A stretch of DNA of 55,360 nt, filler included, from Sphacelaria rigidula (GCA_964200075.2; 2 parts of 2 records of this genome joined end to end with filler, not necessarily neighbours in it), one strand, 5' to 3'; positions 1-27,787 are shown, counted from the whole stretch's first letter. Notes: generated by a model not told the origin, from the sequence alone. Program-made: numbers and translations.

Positions 1-1061
1 TGGGCAATCAGGCCGAAGAAATCGTGGATTTGGTGATATGAACCCGTGATGATTCGTCCTAACCGTGCAGTAGTTACATTTCCAAAACTCATGGCAATAT
101 TTGTAGTTTTCAGAGGTAAACATTCAGCATAGCTGCGTGTTCTGCTTCGCCTTCCTAACGGAACTGAAATGATTATATCACTGTATGTTGGCACCCACAC
201 TGAACTCGAGGAGTCGTATGCTACACACTAAAATAATCACGAAGTTGATGTACCCCCCGCATCAAACTCAAGTAGTTAGTGTAAGCCAGACGAAGTTCAA
301 GTATTTAAGTATGTAGTACGCACTTGTTTCCCCCCACCAACCCCCCCCCGCCTCCAACTTTTTTCCTTTTCTTCGATTCCTTAAACTTGTGGTGGTATTC
401 TGTACTTGAATTTTTTTTGACCCACTCTTGCTTCAACAGCTTGAAGTCAGGAAATTATTTTCTGTCATATTCCGTGCCGTTGGTGTTACGCTGTCAGCGC
501 AGTCTTTTACCGTAGTACAGAGTTGTACAGTGCCACACAAAAGCAGCAGCGAGGGTCGCTCACATGGCAGATGAAGCAGGAAAGGGGCGGCAAATAGCAA
601 GCAACAGCAATGGGCTGATATTGGGTGGGGCTCCACACCTGAGGTGCCCGACGGCTAATGGGCTTTCTCAAAGAGCGGTGTGCTTCTGTGTGTTGTCTGG
701 AGTGTGCATAGGCTGATCATGATCGAATTAGGACGTTGTGTAGTTGCGCCGGCCATGGACGATACTAACAGCGCGACGCTCACAGCACGCTCTGCGCGAT
801 TTTTGTCCATATTGTCACCGTTTCTCGTTGATCAGATCCGTTGACCGCCAGCTACCGACCGGCATCAACGGTGGGGAAGTTTGCGTTGTTGGTGATTATC
901 ATATCCTCTCCAAGTGCTGCGGTGATCGACTCTCTTGTGATCCAATTCACTGCTTTTGGGTACATATACTCGACTTCGCGACCCGTGCTGCAAACAGCCA
1001 GCGTTTTCACAGATAGCTAGTCATAGTATATAGTACTTTTCATCTGAAACAGGAGATTTGT

Positions 1062-1910
1062 GTAATTTTTTCGTAGTCGGCGATTTTCAATGTTTTTTTC
1101 GCGTGCCAGCGCTCATGCCAGCGACCGGTTGATTCCAACGTTTGGGAGTCGGGAGATACTAGGCATCCGCTCTACATTCCGAAGAGAAAATTGTCTTTGT
1201 ACTTACCCATTGAACGACTTCCGAGCTGAGTTGACAGAGAGTGTTCTTGATCGTTTTTGGTCTAAAACCTATTTTTTTCGGCTCTAGCGCGATGAATAGG
1301 TGAAAATAAGACATATGGGTTCGTAAAATCATCCATAAGAGTGATCGAAATTGGTTCACCCTCGCCTGTGCTATGCAGAGCTTGGTCAGGCAATTTTCGT
1401 TTTTGGGTACTTTTTGAATTTTCTTGTGTAGTATCCGTCCTTGACGCTTATAAGTCCCAGCGTCGGTAGATATTAGGAAGAAAAGCAGGTAGTGCTCAGA
1501 ATACAATCCTCAATTTGTGTTGGGGTGCTACGGAGTAAGTATCCGGTTTATCAGGGGGTGTTATCGACCATCACTGGTCCAAAAACGCAGTTCTTGGGCT
1601 CGAGCGCAGTGAATAGGTAGGATTAAAAAAATATATCATCTCCATAAGTTCACGAAAACGATCGGGATTGCTTCAATCAAGCAAAAATACTGAAGGGTCA
1701 CAACCTGGGGCTGGGTAGTCTCAGGACCCCCGAAAACCAGTCAGCCTCTGAGTCGTTCAACAATGAGCGCAGATGTGATCTGATATCGAAAGTTGGAGGG
1801 GATGCCTAGTATCTCCCGAACTTCAAACTTCGGTATCAAAAATTCACTGAGATAAGCGGTGGCACGCAAGAAACACTTTCGAATAGCCCGAATGCGAAAA
1901 AAGGACGAAC
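1062..1910. mobile_element. Old fold-back/MITE-like element with long imperfect terminal inverted repeats (probably intronic)
   Basis: 1135-1168 CCAACGTTTGGGAGTCGGGAGATACTAGGCATCC is close to the reverse complement of 1800-1833; similarity extends outward (GCGTGCCA/TGGCACGC) and inward (TTGAACGACT/AGTCGTTCAA). There is also an internal degenerate direct repeat (~1258-1320 vs ~1576-1635). Confidence 0.6.
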
Positions 1911-2420
1911 ATTTTCTACATCAGATATTAATTACTGAAGCTATGTCATCCGCTTCATTTCGCATTATAGTGAGCGTCTGAAGTCACACACCGGGGTCTG
2001 CTTTTCTGATACTTGCAGTTGTTCGGCTACCCTCCAACTGTATTTCACTAACTGTGCGAGCGGACACTGGGATATGCGTGCAGATGGCTTCTCTCTTCTC
2101 TTTGATCTGTGATGGTAGCCCGTCTGTGATCTGTGATGGCAGCCGGTCTACGGCACCGCCGTACGCGACCTCCCGTTGTCGTCACACTCGCCAACGCCTG
2201 TGTTTTGTCGAGTTTTGTTTCCAATTTGATGGGCTCTTAACGTAATGTTGGCTGCTGAGGATATGATGAGAGGAGTGTAGCGTTAAATTGTGTTTCTGGA
2301 GCGCGGTATAGTCACACCACGCCAGTCTGCGCTCCTCGCCTTTCCCCCCCCTAATCTTACCGTTCCTTGACGACTTTCCCCACGCCCACCACACTGTCCG
2401 ATTTTTGTTCGAAAACCCAG

Positions 2421-17771
<15,351 letters not shown>

Positions 17772-19192
17772 TCATATCTGTACGTCGTATTTTCGTTGTC
17801 ATGTCTTCGTTTTTAATTTCGTGTGAGCGTACTTTTGTAAAGTTCTTGTTAGTACCGTTTAGCTCAGTATTGAGATGTGCTTTCTGCTATGAGTGTTGCT
17901 TCGGGGGGAAGGGCTAGGGGGGAGGGGGGGGGTTAGCATTGATGAATCCGTGAGGTGGAATTGTTGGATAGAACTAGTGCGCATTACTGTGTTTTGTAAA
18001 TGTTGCGTGCTGTCAGATACGGTAGGTGTATCACTACGAAATTCCAGGCTGGGAAGAAGACGGAGGCGAACTATGAGTCACTTTTGGAATATTGCCTTTT
18101 GTTTATAATCATATTCACGCTTAGCCGTGTCACAGCGAGGTTCGGTTGATCGGCCACGATCGCTGAGAGTTGCGTCATTCCTGTTCAGTATGCTGCGCAA
18201 ACTACTGTGCGGGTTGTACATATTGTAGTATTCTTGCGTTGCATGTGACTGTCAAAAGTTGGTGTGAGGTAATAGGGGGCGTTAGTACGCCCTTGCTACC
18301 AGCAAAAGTGAAGTTCCGCATGCTCAAAACACGTGGCGAACGCTCTACAGAGCAAAATAGTAGCAAAAACGACAGTTTTAGTCCTACAGATTGTTAAAAG
18401 GATTGTTGTATTCGTGTTTTCGAGTTTTATCGTGTTTACTGTCGAGCTTGCTGTGCAACTTGTTGAGAATAGGTAATGCGACTGATGTTATCGCGGTGAA
18501 GAATTACACAAAAATGGAGTCCACGTACCCTACAGGGCGTCAACGTGCACGTGCGTCCGAGTACGTCTTGTCGCATGTTTCTCTCAAGTGGGTGCTGCGA
18601 CATGACTCCGCCGTGATGCCACGTGTCCTACGCTGTAAACGTCGGCTAGCAAACACAGTAGGGTGGGCCACAACGGGACTCGTGGATGCATGGGAGTCAG
18701 CGTGAGGCGATGAACATTTCCGCGCTCTTTCGTAGAGCCGACGCGATACCCGCGTTGGGTTGACGGAACACTAAACAGGATATATCAAGATCATGGTTGT
18801 TCTCAACCTCATGGAGGCTGTCCTGCCGTTCGGCCGAACCCGTGAAATAGGAGTACATATTTTTTCGCCCACCCACGACGGCGTGTGGGCAACCCGCGAA
18901 ATATTTGCTGCCTAATCGCAGTGACGCATCAGCGCAACTAACGGAGCCGCAGTCGCCTCTTCGAGTTCCGACGATATCAGCGTAGTTCACTCGCTCGATA
19001 CACGCTGCCTTTCTTCTTTACATTCGCTTCAGACACTCCTGCGACACCAAACAAATATGTAAAGAGTTGCGTTGGCTAACTAGAAACCGCTCGCACACAC
19101 CCTATGTCCAATGCCCGTGTGCTACTAAAAACACGCGACGGTTCCTTTTTCACCCCCACACACAACCAAAGGCAAACTCCCCAACGTGTACT

Positions 19193-19927
19193 TTAGGCTG
19201 AAGTACAATAATCGCTACCCCAGAACTCTTCGATCTCGGCGTCCGTGGTACGATGCTGGAGTTCATCTCTCCCGAACATACCAACGCCATTACCGTCACC
19301 ATCATCAAGGATTCTCTGAGCGTTCTGTGATCCAACGTGATCCGTCGCTAACCCCGCTGCTGCCGCCTTTTCGACCCCTCCTTGCCGCATCGGCGCTCTC
19401 ACCGTCTTAGTCATCACGGCGCAACCGATGGTCGACCTGATTGTTTTCGCTCCCAGCACTTCGAGACCTTGACGCAACTGCCCCTCGAAATTCTTGAGCC
19501 TCGTGCTCCATCCGACGCCGCCGGTACCACCACCACCACCGCCCGCGGCGGCTACCGCAGTAGGAGTAATGTTGCGGGAGGGAATTGATGGTTGCTGTTG
19601 AGCATTGTTGGTCGCGGCGGGTTGGTGACAATCGCAGGAGGACGCCGATGGTGTCTGATTTTCGGGGTTTTCCGCCGCGTCAGATAAAAGTGGTCCTCGT
19701 GGCGGGACTAGCGATTCAGCGCCGTCGTGTTGCGATTGTCTTTTCCCTCTTTTTCCTCTCTCCCCCTTTTGCGCCAGCGTATCTGCTGACCACAGCTCGT
19801 GAGATTTCGGACCTGCAGTTGTTGTTCGTGCTAGTCTGATCTCAAGGTTGCGTATCTTCTCACAGGAAATCAGAAGAAGTACGAAATTGGCGCAGACGAC
19901 AGCGGAGGCGGCGTAAGTCAAACGCAT
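19193..19927 (-). CDS. Hypothetical protein with N-terminal hydrophobic anchor/signal (possible first exon or decayed gene)
   Basis: 244-aa ATG-initiated ORF; MRLTYAASAVVCANFVLLLISC resembles a signal anchor, followed by a low-complexity stem; no recognisable domain. Confidence 0.4.
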   Translation of the reverse strand: MRLTYAASAVVCANFVLLLISCEKIRNLEIRLARTTTAGPKSHELWSADTLAQKGERGKRGKRQSQHDGAESLVPPRGPLLSDAAENPENQTPSASSCDCHQPAATNNAQQQPSIPSRNITPTAVAAAGGGGGGTGGVGWSTRLKNFEGQLRQGLEVLGAKTIRSTIGCAVMTKTVRAPMRQGGVEKAAAAGLATDHVGSQNAQRILDDGDGNGVGMFGRDELQHRTTDAEIEEFWGSDYCTSA

Positions 19928-20786
19928 CGAAAACGATCAATGCGAGATGCTATTTCCGCACGTTGCCTGACACTCGCCGTTTTCAGCAATTTCTGGCACT
20001 GGCTCCACAACTTGCTATGCATCACTTCATCCAATGAAGATGGGGTATAACTCTTGGCAGAACGCGTAGACCTTTTTTACCGCTCCAACGTGAGCATCCC
20101 GGAATACTGTGTGTTGAGACATACTCCCTTTGATCCATAATATGAACAAGGTAAGGACAAAATGTGCTCTAACTCGAGCCAATTTGACTTTTTTTCCCGA
20201 AACGTTTTTTCCCTTGGTTTCGCCACTTTCGCGCGTTTGCCCATGACCGGTGCTTTCAAATTTCCCTCAACAAAAGGGTCTCCCACCCTAGCCGAAGTAG
20301 CTCGAAATCGCCCCCCTAACTTTGAACCTCCGGTGGGAAGCCTCCCCACTTTCTTTTGAGGTATGTCCGCTGCTGGGAGTGCTCCCCAGGGGTTGGAGTG
20401 CAAGAATTTCAATGATTTGGAAGAACCTACGGTGATTCGGCACCTCCCCGCCGGCGGCAAGGATGGTGTCGTACGGCGAGGTGCCTACAAGGCAGTCGCG
20501 GGAAAGTTCCAACCAGGGAACGATAGCCAACTATCCCCTCCTTTCCTAGTTTTTTTTTTCATCCATCCATCTGATACGAGATGGTATTTCATACCCATGC
20601 GACATCCAACAACAATTTGATCACCCACTACTCCGGAGCATTCAGTAGAAACCTCGCTCCCGTTTATGATACCGTTACCTTGTTTATATTACGGATCAGA
20701 GTGGGTACAACTCAAGTAGCCGGTAAACTCAACAGGTACCAATACGCGTCCATCCACAGAGCCACTGTACGGCTGCGCCGGTGTAC

Positions 20787-22192
20787 CTGAATCTCCTTGA
20801 CGTCTCGAGATACCTCCGCGGCCCGCGCGCGATCCAAAACGGCATCCACGGTTGCCTCTGCGGCAACGTATCGCCTTTCTGCTTTTCTCAGCTCCCCCTT
20901 CAATGTGTCTACTTCTTCCTGCAATTGATGCAAGACGGTCCGCTCAGTCACGGACAAGTCACCAGACCCTGGAAAAACGACGTCGTCACCGTGTCGAGGC
21001 TCCGCGGCGTCTTCTTTCAATCCTTGCTGTACCAGTGTCTCATCTGCGGTGGCTCTTGCTACCCCTTCGTCGGGATCAACTGAGTCGGACCCCGTCTTGA
21101 CCACGACAGCGTAGCGCTTCCCTGGGCAGGGTGAGTAAGGCACCGCTCGGCCGTTAGCATAACTATTTCCGATAATGTCCTCGCTCTCCTCGGCACTCCT
21201 TGCGGTTCTGAAGGTTTCTATCCACGACAGATCATTGCTCGAGCGATAAGTCGCCGATGTCGTTGTCATCTCGTGGTTAACATTGTCATTTTCAGGCTTT
21301 TGCTCCCGTCTTTCTTTGTGCGCGACAACTGCAGTAGCGATCGTAGCGGTGCTGACACACCCTTTGTCGTCCATGTTACTCGCATTTTGTGGCTGATTCA
21401 CCACCGCCGGTGATGCCAAATGGGTCTCCCGAGGCACGTTCAGTACCGGGGTACGCCGCCACAACAACAGTGCTCTTTCACGATGAGGGCACTTGATGGT
21501 TGACCCAGTGCTACTTAATGAAGCATGTGAGAAGTGGTCTGGTGCCCCCTTGCTGCTGTTGTTGTCGGAAGAGGGGTCATAGTCGTATGATGAACAACAT
21601 TCACATCCCTTCCGAGTCTCATCTTCTGTGTTATGTTCCGATGTTGCTGCTGCGGTCGGGGAACGTTCTACAGACGGCTGTTCTCGCGAACCGTCGTGAT
21701 GCTTCTTCTCTGTGGATCCGGGCGGCCAGGTGCGATCATCATCTCCAATAGGCGGCCGTTCAACGAATGAGCTCCTAGCACTGTCGGCGCCGCTATCTGG
21801 GCTGTGGGACTCCCCACGATCGGCAATGTTTTCACAAGTATGCTCCTTTTCATCACTATGACTGCTGGTGTGGGGGATAACGGGGCGGGTAGAATCAGGG
21901 TCCCCATCGCTATTTTGCCCAAGACTTCTACTCTCGTTGACAGCTGTGTTGCGGTTTGTTCTTCTATACACGTGGTCAGTGTCGTCTATCACGGCCGCGC
22001 AGTTTTCTGCTTCATCTTGCAACAGACGTTCGTAGGTATCCGCCGTTTTGAGTATGGATGCCCTTCTGTTCACCTCTCCTCGTCCCGAGAGCTGGTCGCC
22101 CCACCGCGGTGCATGTTTTACATCGCCGTACTCACGTATGTTATCTCGATGAGGACATTCGTCTACCGAGGGTCTCTTCGTAGTAACTCCAC
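20787..22192 (-). CDS. Probable large internal exon of an unknown disordered/coiled-coil protein
   Basis: Within a 497-aa stop-free frame; pyrimidine tract + aaag| acceptor at 22193; donor CAG|gtacac at 20786; C-terminal heptad-like segment LHQLQEEVDTLKGELRKAERR. Confidence 0.6.
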
Positions 22193-22568
22193 CTTTTACC
22201 GGCAAGCGGAAAGATCGAGGGGATAAAGTACAGTAAATTGTGTTGTGTGGGCCATCGTTCGGTTAAAATGAATGTCAGAAAGAGCGCCACATACGCGATC
22301 GATTGTTGGGAGTGGGGGTTATGACGTAGGTCGGGGATGTGATCAGCGTTCGAGAAGAAACATACTTTGTTGTACGAAGTACGACAGTATATATATATGT
22401 ATATATTTTTACTGAGTGTTCATGTGCTAATGCGCTGAAGCGACGAACGCTGGAGCACAGGCGACAAACTCTTGGCTAGTTTACGTGGAGCGACGCTGGA
22501 GCTGCGGTGAAACACCACCACAGGATGCAACTCGTCAGGTTGATGAGACACAAGGCAGCTCTAACCGG

Positions 22569-22820
22569 TGTCGTGCGGCAAAGCCACTCAATTAATTCTT
22601 GGCGGCCCTGAAAAGTGAAACAAGAACAGACTTCTATGAGTAGGATTCTCATTATCATAGAGTGCCCTACCAGGAACCAAGATTCTAGACCCGCAGGGTA
22701 TCATCCCCGTGTCCCCGGTCATTATCCAGAATCCTCCCAGAATCCTCCAGGATCCCCGTTCCCCCAGTCACTACGCATATCATCACGACCAACTCAACGT
22801 AACGGCGTATTGTCGTCACA
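22569..22820 (-). repeat. 3' LTR (left ~75 bp not alignable to the 5' LTR)
   Basis: Ends CGTCACA at 22820 like the other LTR; shares ATTCTCATTATCAT...ATCCAGAATCCTCCCAGAATCCTCCAG; putative TGTCGTG terminus at 22569. Confidence 0.75.
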
Positions 22821-22894
22821 GCACCCCCAAAGCGCGTTGGACGAAAATCGATCAACAAGCTTGACTCATAGAAAACGCCAAAACGATGAGTAAG

Positions 22895-25890
22895 TCACAA
22901 CTGAATACCAAATTCACTCGTGATGCGAGCAGCAACGGCACGACTCACGCGCAATTTACGCAACTCCTTCGTAAAACGTTCCGGAGCGGCCTCAAAACTA
23001 TCCTTGAAAGACTCCCACGTACGCTCCTCAACTTCAAAATCAACCCAGTCGACCGACAGGATCAACGAACGATCATCTGCTTCTGCCACACGGACAATAC
23101 CGGCCATTTGAAATTGCCCCTGATTGCAAGCATGCTGAAACACGTCCTTAACGTCAGCCGTAACATTAAGCTGCGAGTCTGCATAGAAACGCAAACGAGC
23201 TACATGGGCGGTCTGAACACGACGCGAAACAATGCTGTGAATCTCAAACACGTACGGGTGATGAGTCCCAACCACTCTCCATGGACCAGTCCACGTCACC
23301 ATCAACTTGGGCGTAACGCCCGGACGACGCACGCGTGCATACAAGACGGGGCCTCCTACCTCAAAATTCGGCAGTTTTAGCCCCGACGAGGACCCCGCAC
23401 GTCTACGCGCACGTTCAGCGGCAACACGTTCCTGCACTTGAACATGGAAACGTTCTTGCAAGTCCAAGACTCCTTGCAATGCACGCTTAGTTTGACCATC
23501 GTCCAAAACATCACATTTCCATTCCCCCGTCGACGAAGACGCCAGCACCGACAAAGACGTCCGAGGAGCACGACCAAACATCACGTGGTACGGTGTACTA
23601 TCGTAACGACGACGATACGCTGTATTGAACGCCCATTGCACCGCAGGCAACACGTTCACCCACTCGGAAACCGCTCTACGCTGCTCGAGAAGAATAGAGC
23701 AAAGAGCACGAACTACTTCCTTGACCATGCGTTGGCACGTGCCGTTAGACCACAGAGAATACGCCACCGCAAACTGGTGATCAACGCGCAAAGCCTCTGA
23801 CAATCGGGCCAAGATCGCATTCTTGAAATGCGTGGCGGTACCACTCACCCACACACGCGGCATCCCCAGAGTCTTGCACAAATTTAGCAAAGATGGAGCG
23901 GTCGATTCAGCGGTACACACTGCTACTGGTTCCAGAGACAAGAAGTTGCTCAAATCATCCATGATTACCAAAACGTATCGAAACCTAGCATCCTCCGACA
24001 AACCTTGGGAAGCTAGCAGGCGACTCTCGCCCACGTACAAGAAGTCAAAATGAACGACTTCATTCGGCATGGTCCCATGGACCGCTTCGCCGAGCGGGCG
24101 GGGAACAACATCGCCCGCCCTCGAGTCAGCACAGTGAAGACACTGGCGGACAAACTCGCGCCACATGAGTTACTGTACCCTGCCAGACACAAAACTCTTG
24201 CAAGCGCACGAGCGTCGCAGCCACATCATGATGCCCGGCGTCGCGCATGTGCGCGCAAATCATCAGACGTACCTGCAACTGCTTGTCAAAATTCGGAATC
24301 CACAAAACGTTCCGGCCACGCACATGCACACGAAACAGACCTACGTTGGCCAAGATAGCAGTACCAACATCCGACTCGCAAGATTGCGCATCTGCATCTT
24401 CGGCCCCGAGGTCTTTTCGTTGCGCTTGGCGGACAACAGATTTGGACGGCATCGAGTCATCAGGTTCACACGGACCATACATAGCCACAGCACGCACAGG
24501 CAAAGCCGGAATATTCACCCAACGCGAAAGCAAGTAATCCCACGCGTTACGATCACCCGAAATATGGGAAATCGAGTAACGATACTGGCCAAGAACAGGT
24601 TTCTAACCCTCCCAACGTTGTGCCAATACCTTCGATACAGACGTAACGCACGCTTCCGGGTTGACAATATACACGGGATTTCGGGGATCCGTGAAAATGT
24701 GCACGCCATCCCACAAAAGATGTTCCAAAGGACGAAAAGTGCTCACGATAGCAGAACCTTCCTTGTCAATTGTGGCCCAACGCAACTGCGAACCCTTGAA
24801 ATTACCACAGAGGAAAACCAGCGGTGCATGCGTCATATCCTCAACCGGCAAGCATCTTTGCATTTCAACTCTAGGCACCTGCGTGACAAAACTACCCCAA
24901 TGGCACTCAGATGCATCCGGGAATATCAACACCTGACAATCAGGACGAGGATGGAACTGCGTCATAGCATGAGCCACCAGATCCTTCGCTGCCGCTCACG
25001 CCTGCAGCCTGCCCTCCGTCCACAATGCAGCCTTCTTCGGAACCGCCATATCCGGACTGGACCACCCCACCTGCAAGTTCCGTAACACCAACCCGAGCGC
25101 CAAAAGAGCCGCCATGCACGACGCCAACTAACTCGACTTCACTGGATCGTACCGCCGCGACTTCGTCTTCACCGCGGACGCCCCAGGTTTTAGCTGAACA
25201 TGCATGGGCTCCATGCGCGCAGGGGGATCACCCGGCAGCGCACGACTAAACGCGTTGACGCGGCGATGTAATATGCCGCTCAGGCGCTCCGCTTTTGAGA
25301 CGCTGAGGCCTTTCATCGTAGCATCCGTCATGCTCTCCTCCAGTGCGACCTTCCGAGCGGCCTCCTCTTCCGCCGGAACCATATCCATCTCCCGGCCGTG
25401 CTCTACCGCGCGTTTCACCACCGCATCCCGCTCCTCGGTCACCTGCTCCGCAGCCTCCTGAAAAGCATCTACCGGCAAGCTCACGCGACGACTGCCCAAA
25501 AAAGCGGGCGTCTCCAAGCGTGGACCAGGCGGAGACATCCGCGTCTTCACGGAGTCCCACAACCGCCGAGCGTCGACTCCAAGATCCTGAAGCGTCGGCA
25601 ACCCCAGAAGAATGACACCATCCGACCTCGGCATGATTGCAAACGAGATCAGAGGCAACGGCGCCGGCCCTAAGGCAGTCGTGAAAGTCAGCTGCAGCGG
25701 AACAGTACGCTCTGTGACGTAAACATGCTGACCCGACGCAGTGACGATCTGCCGCGCCCCGAGCGAAAACGGGATGCGTAGTGGCACACTCGGAAGAAGA
25801 CGCTCCAACGTCTCTACAACCTGTACCGACAGGCTAACATGACTCGTCAAGTGGGCGCCAGAATCCCACTTAGCCCGAACCGCAATGGCT
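22895..25890 (-). pseudogene. pol: Gypsy pol remnant: aspartic protease, RT with core deleted, RNase H, integrase, chromodomain
   Basis: Protease KWDSGA (DSG 25865-25857); RT start WSSPDMAVPKK; RNase H IFPDAS...WATIDKEG...HIFTDPRN; integrase Zn finger AH...GH...CLHC; rve HFDFLY, VSGTATHF, NGTCQRM; chromodomain-like VDWVDFEVEERTWES. Confidence 0.9.
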
Positions 25891-26286
25891 CCACGCTCCC
25901 GTTGATTTGAAAGACACAGCTCCGCAGGAATTCATCTGTCCGCAAACTCCACTAGCACTTCACTCGCCGACCGATGCGCCGCAAATCCCATTTGACGCCA
26001 CGGCTGCGCAAGCGGCGCAGGCGAAGACGCCCCAGCAGGTTCGAACGGCACCGCCGGCGTGTACGACTCCAGCCAGCAGACCAAGAATTTGGCGAACCTC
26101 CGACCAGCGCATCAGCAGGCGTCGCGCCTGGCGCTGCTGCCGGTGTCGCCACCAGTATCGCGACCATCGGCGCCAGTGCAGTGTTCGACACTGTAGAAGT
26201 CGTTCACACCTGCACCGCCCGTTGCGGAGCAGCAGCATCCACAGCAACGCCGGACCCAGAACCAGACCCATGCTGACGCCTCTGCC

Positions 26287-26287
<1 letters not shown>

Positions 26288-26329
<42 letters not shown>
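26288..26329 (+). repeat. (CTG)14 microsatellite inside the retrotransposon
   Basis: 14 perfect CTG units. Confidence 0.95.
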
Positions 26330-26497
26330 AAAACTCGACTGCGACCCTCCACCGCCGGAGGATCCGCCGCCGCCACCACCCTCTTTACCTCGTCTTTTGC
26401 CCTTGTGCTGACGATGCTGATGGCGCGCGGCATGAGACTGCCCAGACTCTCCACTGGAAGACGTTGGGCAATCGCGCGCGTAATGGCCGACCTGGCC

Positions 26498-26824
26498 TCA
26501 ACAGTGGCAAGTGCCCGCCGCGTGCCCAGCATGATTGTTGATCGCCGCAACCAATTGCGGCAAGGTTATTGTGCTCTTTTCATGTTCCACACGCGCAAAC
26601 ACCCTTTGCACATAGGTCGGTACTTGTTGAGTCATCGACACTACCTCGTATTGCACTGCACCCCCTGCGTTAGCGTGCTCCACACGCTTCTCGTACTCCA
26701 AGAACTTCGTATAAAAAGTGCGAGATGCACTCTTTGAGTATCTATCCCCGTATTGGGGAGGTCGCAACTTTTCCCGCATAACCACGGGCGTGACGCTGGA
26801 CGTACTACGCGAACCGGTCGCCAT
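26498..26824 (-). pseudogene. gag: Gypsy gag remnant
   Basis: ATG ORF immediately downstream of the 5' LTR/leader and upstream of the protease; helical sequence RTFYTKFLEYEKRVEHAN. Assignment is positional. Confidence 0.6.
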
Positions 26825-27129
26825 AGCTGCAACCGGCTACTTGTGAATGTTTCACAGGCCAGCGGACTTTCGCGAGTTGCACACTTCCTTGCTTCGCCGC
26901 CGCACCACACAGTCGTAGGAGCCTCCAAACTTCCGCTGCACGTAGCTTCAGCAAGTCTCTAGTCTGGATCAATCACAGGTATGCCGCCTGTCTGCAGCTA
27001 CCATCAGCTTGAACCCCCTCCACGCGTTCGTGATGCTTCAGGTTGTCCCCAGCCGCCAGACCCTCCGCCGAAATCCTTCCAGCAGGTTTTGCTAGGTACT
27101 GTTTCTAGCACTAACACTAATATCAATAT

Positions 27130-27398
27130 TGTGACGCCAGCCAGAGAAAGAACTCGTGGATCACTGCTGTTGAGGGACTCCCCAGTCTTACTGGCCTCAG
27201 TTTCAGTTGTTAGACCTAACAACATTCTCATTATCATGGAGTGCCCTACCAAGCACCAACCTTCTAGACACGCCGGGTGTCATCCCCGCGTCGCAGTCAT
27301 TATCCAGAATCCTCCCAGAATCCTCCAGAATCCCCGTGCCTCCAGTCATTATCCGGATCATCACTACCAATTCAACGTAACGGTGTAGTATCGTCACA
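27130..27398 (-). repeat. 5' LTR (269 bp)
   Basis: Bounded by the inverted termini TGTGACG...CGTCACA; about 85% identical to 22645-22820 over ~175 bp. Confidence 0.85.
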
Positions 27399-27631
27399 GG
27401 TTCGAGTTTTAAGGTGAAGGTTCAAGTTGAAACTCGAAAATCCAACTTTCGAGACGAACCTTCAAGCCACACGCTCAGCTAGAAGGTTCCACTGGGTTCG
27501 ACTTGAGAGGTAGGCCTTCACTGGAATCTTGAGCTTTCGAGTTGAAGGTTCGACGATCGAGTTGTACCTTCCACTTTTAATTTCAACGGTCGATCTTTAG
27601 GTTGGAATCATGGTACGATAAGGGAGAGGGG

Positions 27632-27731
27632 NNNNNNNNNNNNNNNNNNNNNNNNNNNNNNNNNNNNNNNNNNNNTTAATTAATTAANNNNNNNNNNNNN
27701 NNNNNNNNNNNNNNNNNNNNNNNNNNNNNNN
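27632..27731. other. Artificial contig-joining spacer
   Basis: Exactly 44 N + TTAATTAATTAA (stops in all six frames) + 44 N = 100 bp. Confidence 0.97.
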
Positions 27732-27787
27732 ATTTTGGGTCAATTTTTTACCAGAGGTTTTCTCTCCTCTTTTTTCTTCAAAGAAAG

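Larger units (their letters stand above)
22569..27398 (-). mobile_element. Decayed Ty3/gypsy (chromovirus-type) LTR retrotransposon
   Basis: Order gag-PR-(RT remnant)-RNase H-integrase-chromodomain on minus; two related LTRs beginning TGTGACGA; G-rich tract TTTGGGGGTGC just before the 3' LTR; multiple stops and frameshifts. Left boundary uncertain. Confidence 0.92.

Noticed and set aside
24165..26737. Long plus-strand ORFs (306 aa, 276 aa)
   Set aside because: Antisense shadows of the gypsy gag-pol; the poly-Leu stretch is the CTG microsatellite.
27676..27687. TTAATTAATTAA as a biological palindrome or piggyBac target
   Set aside because: It is embedded symmetrically in N-runs totalling exactly 100 bp, so it is an assembly linker.
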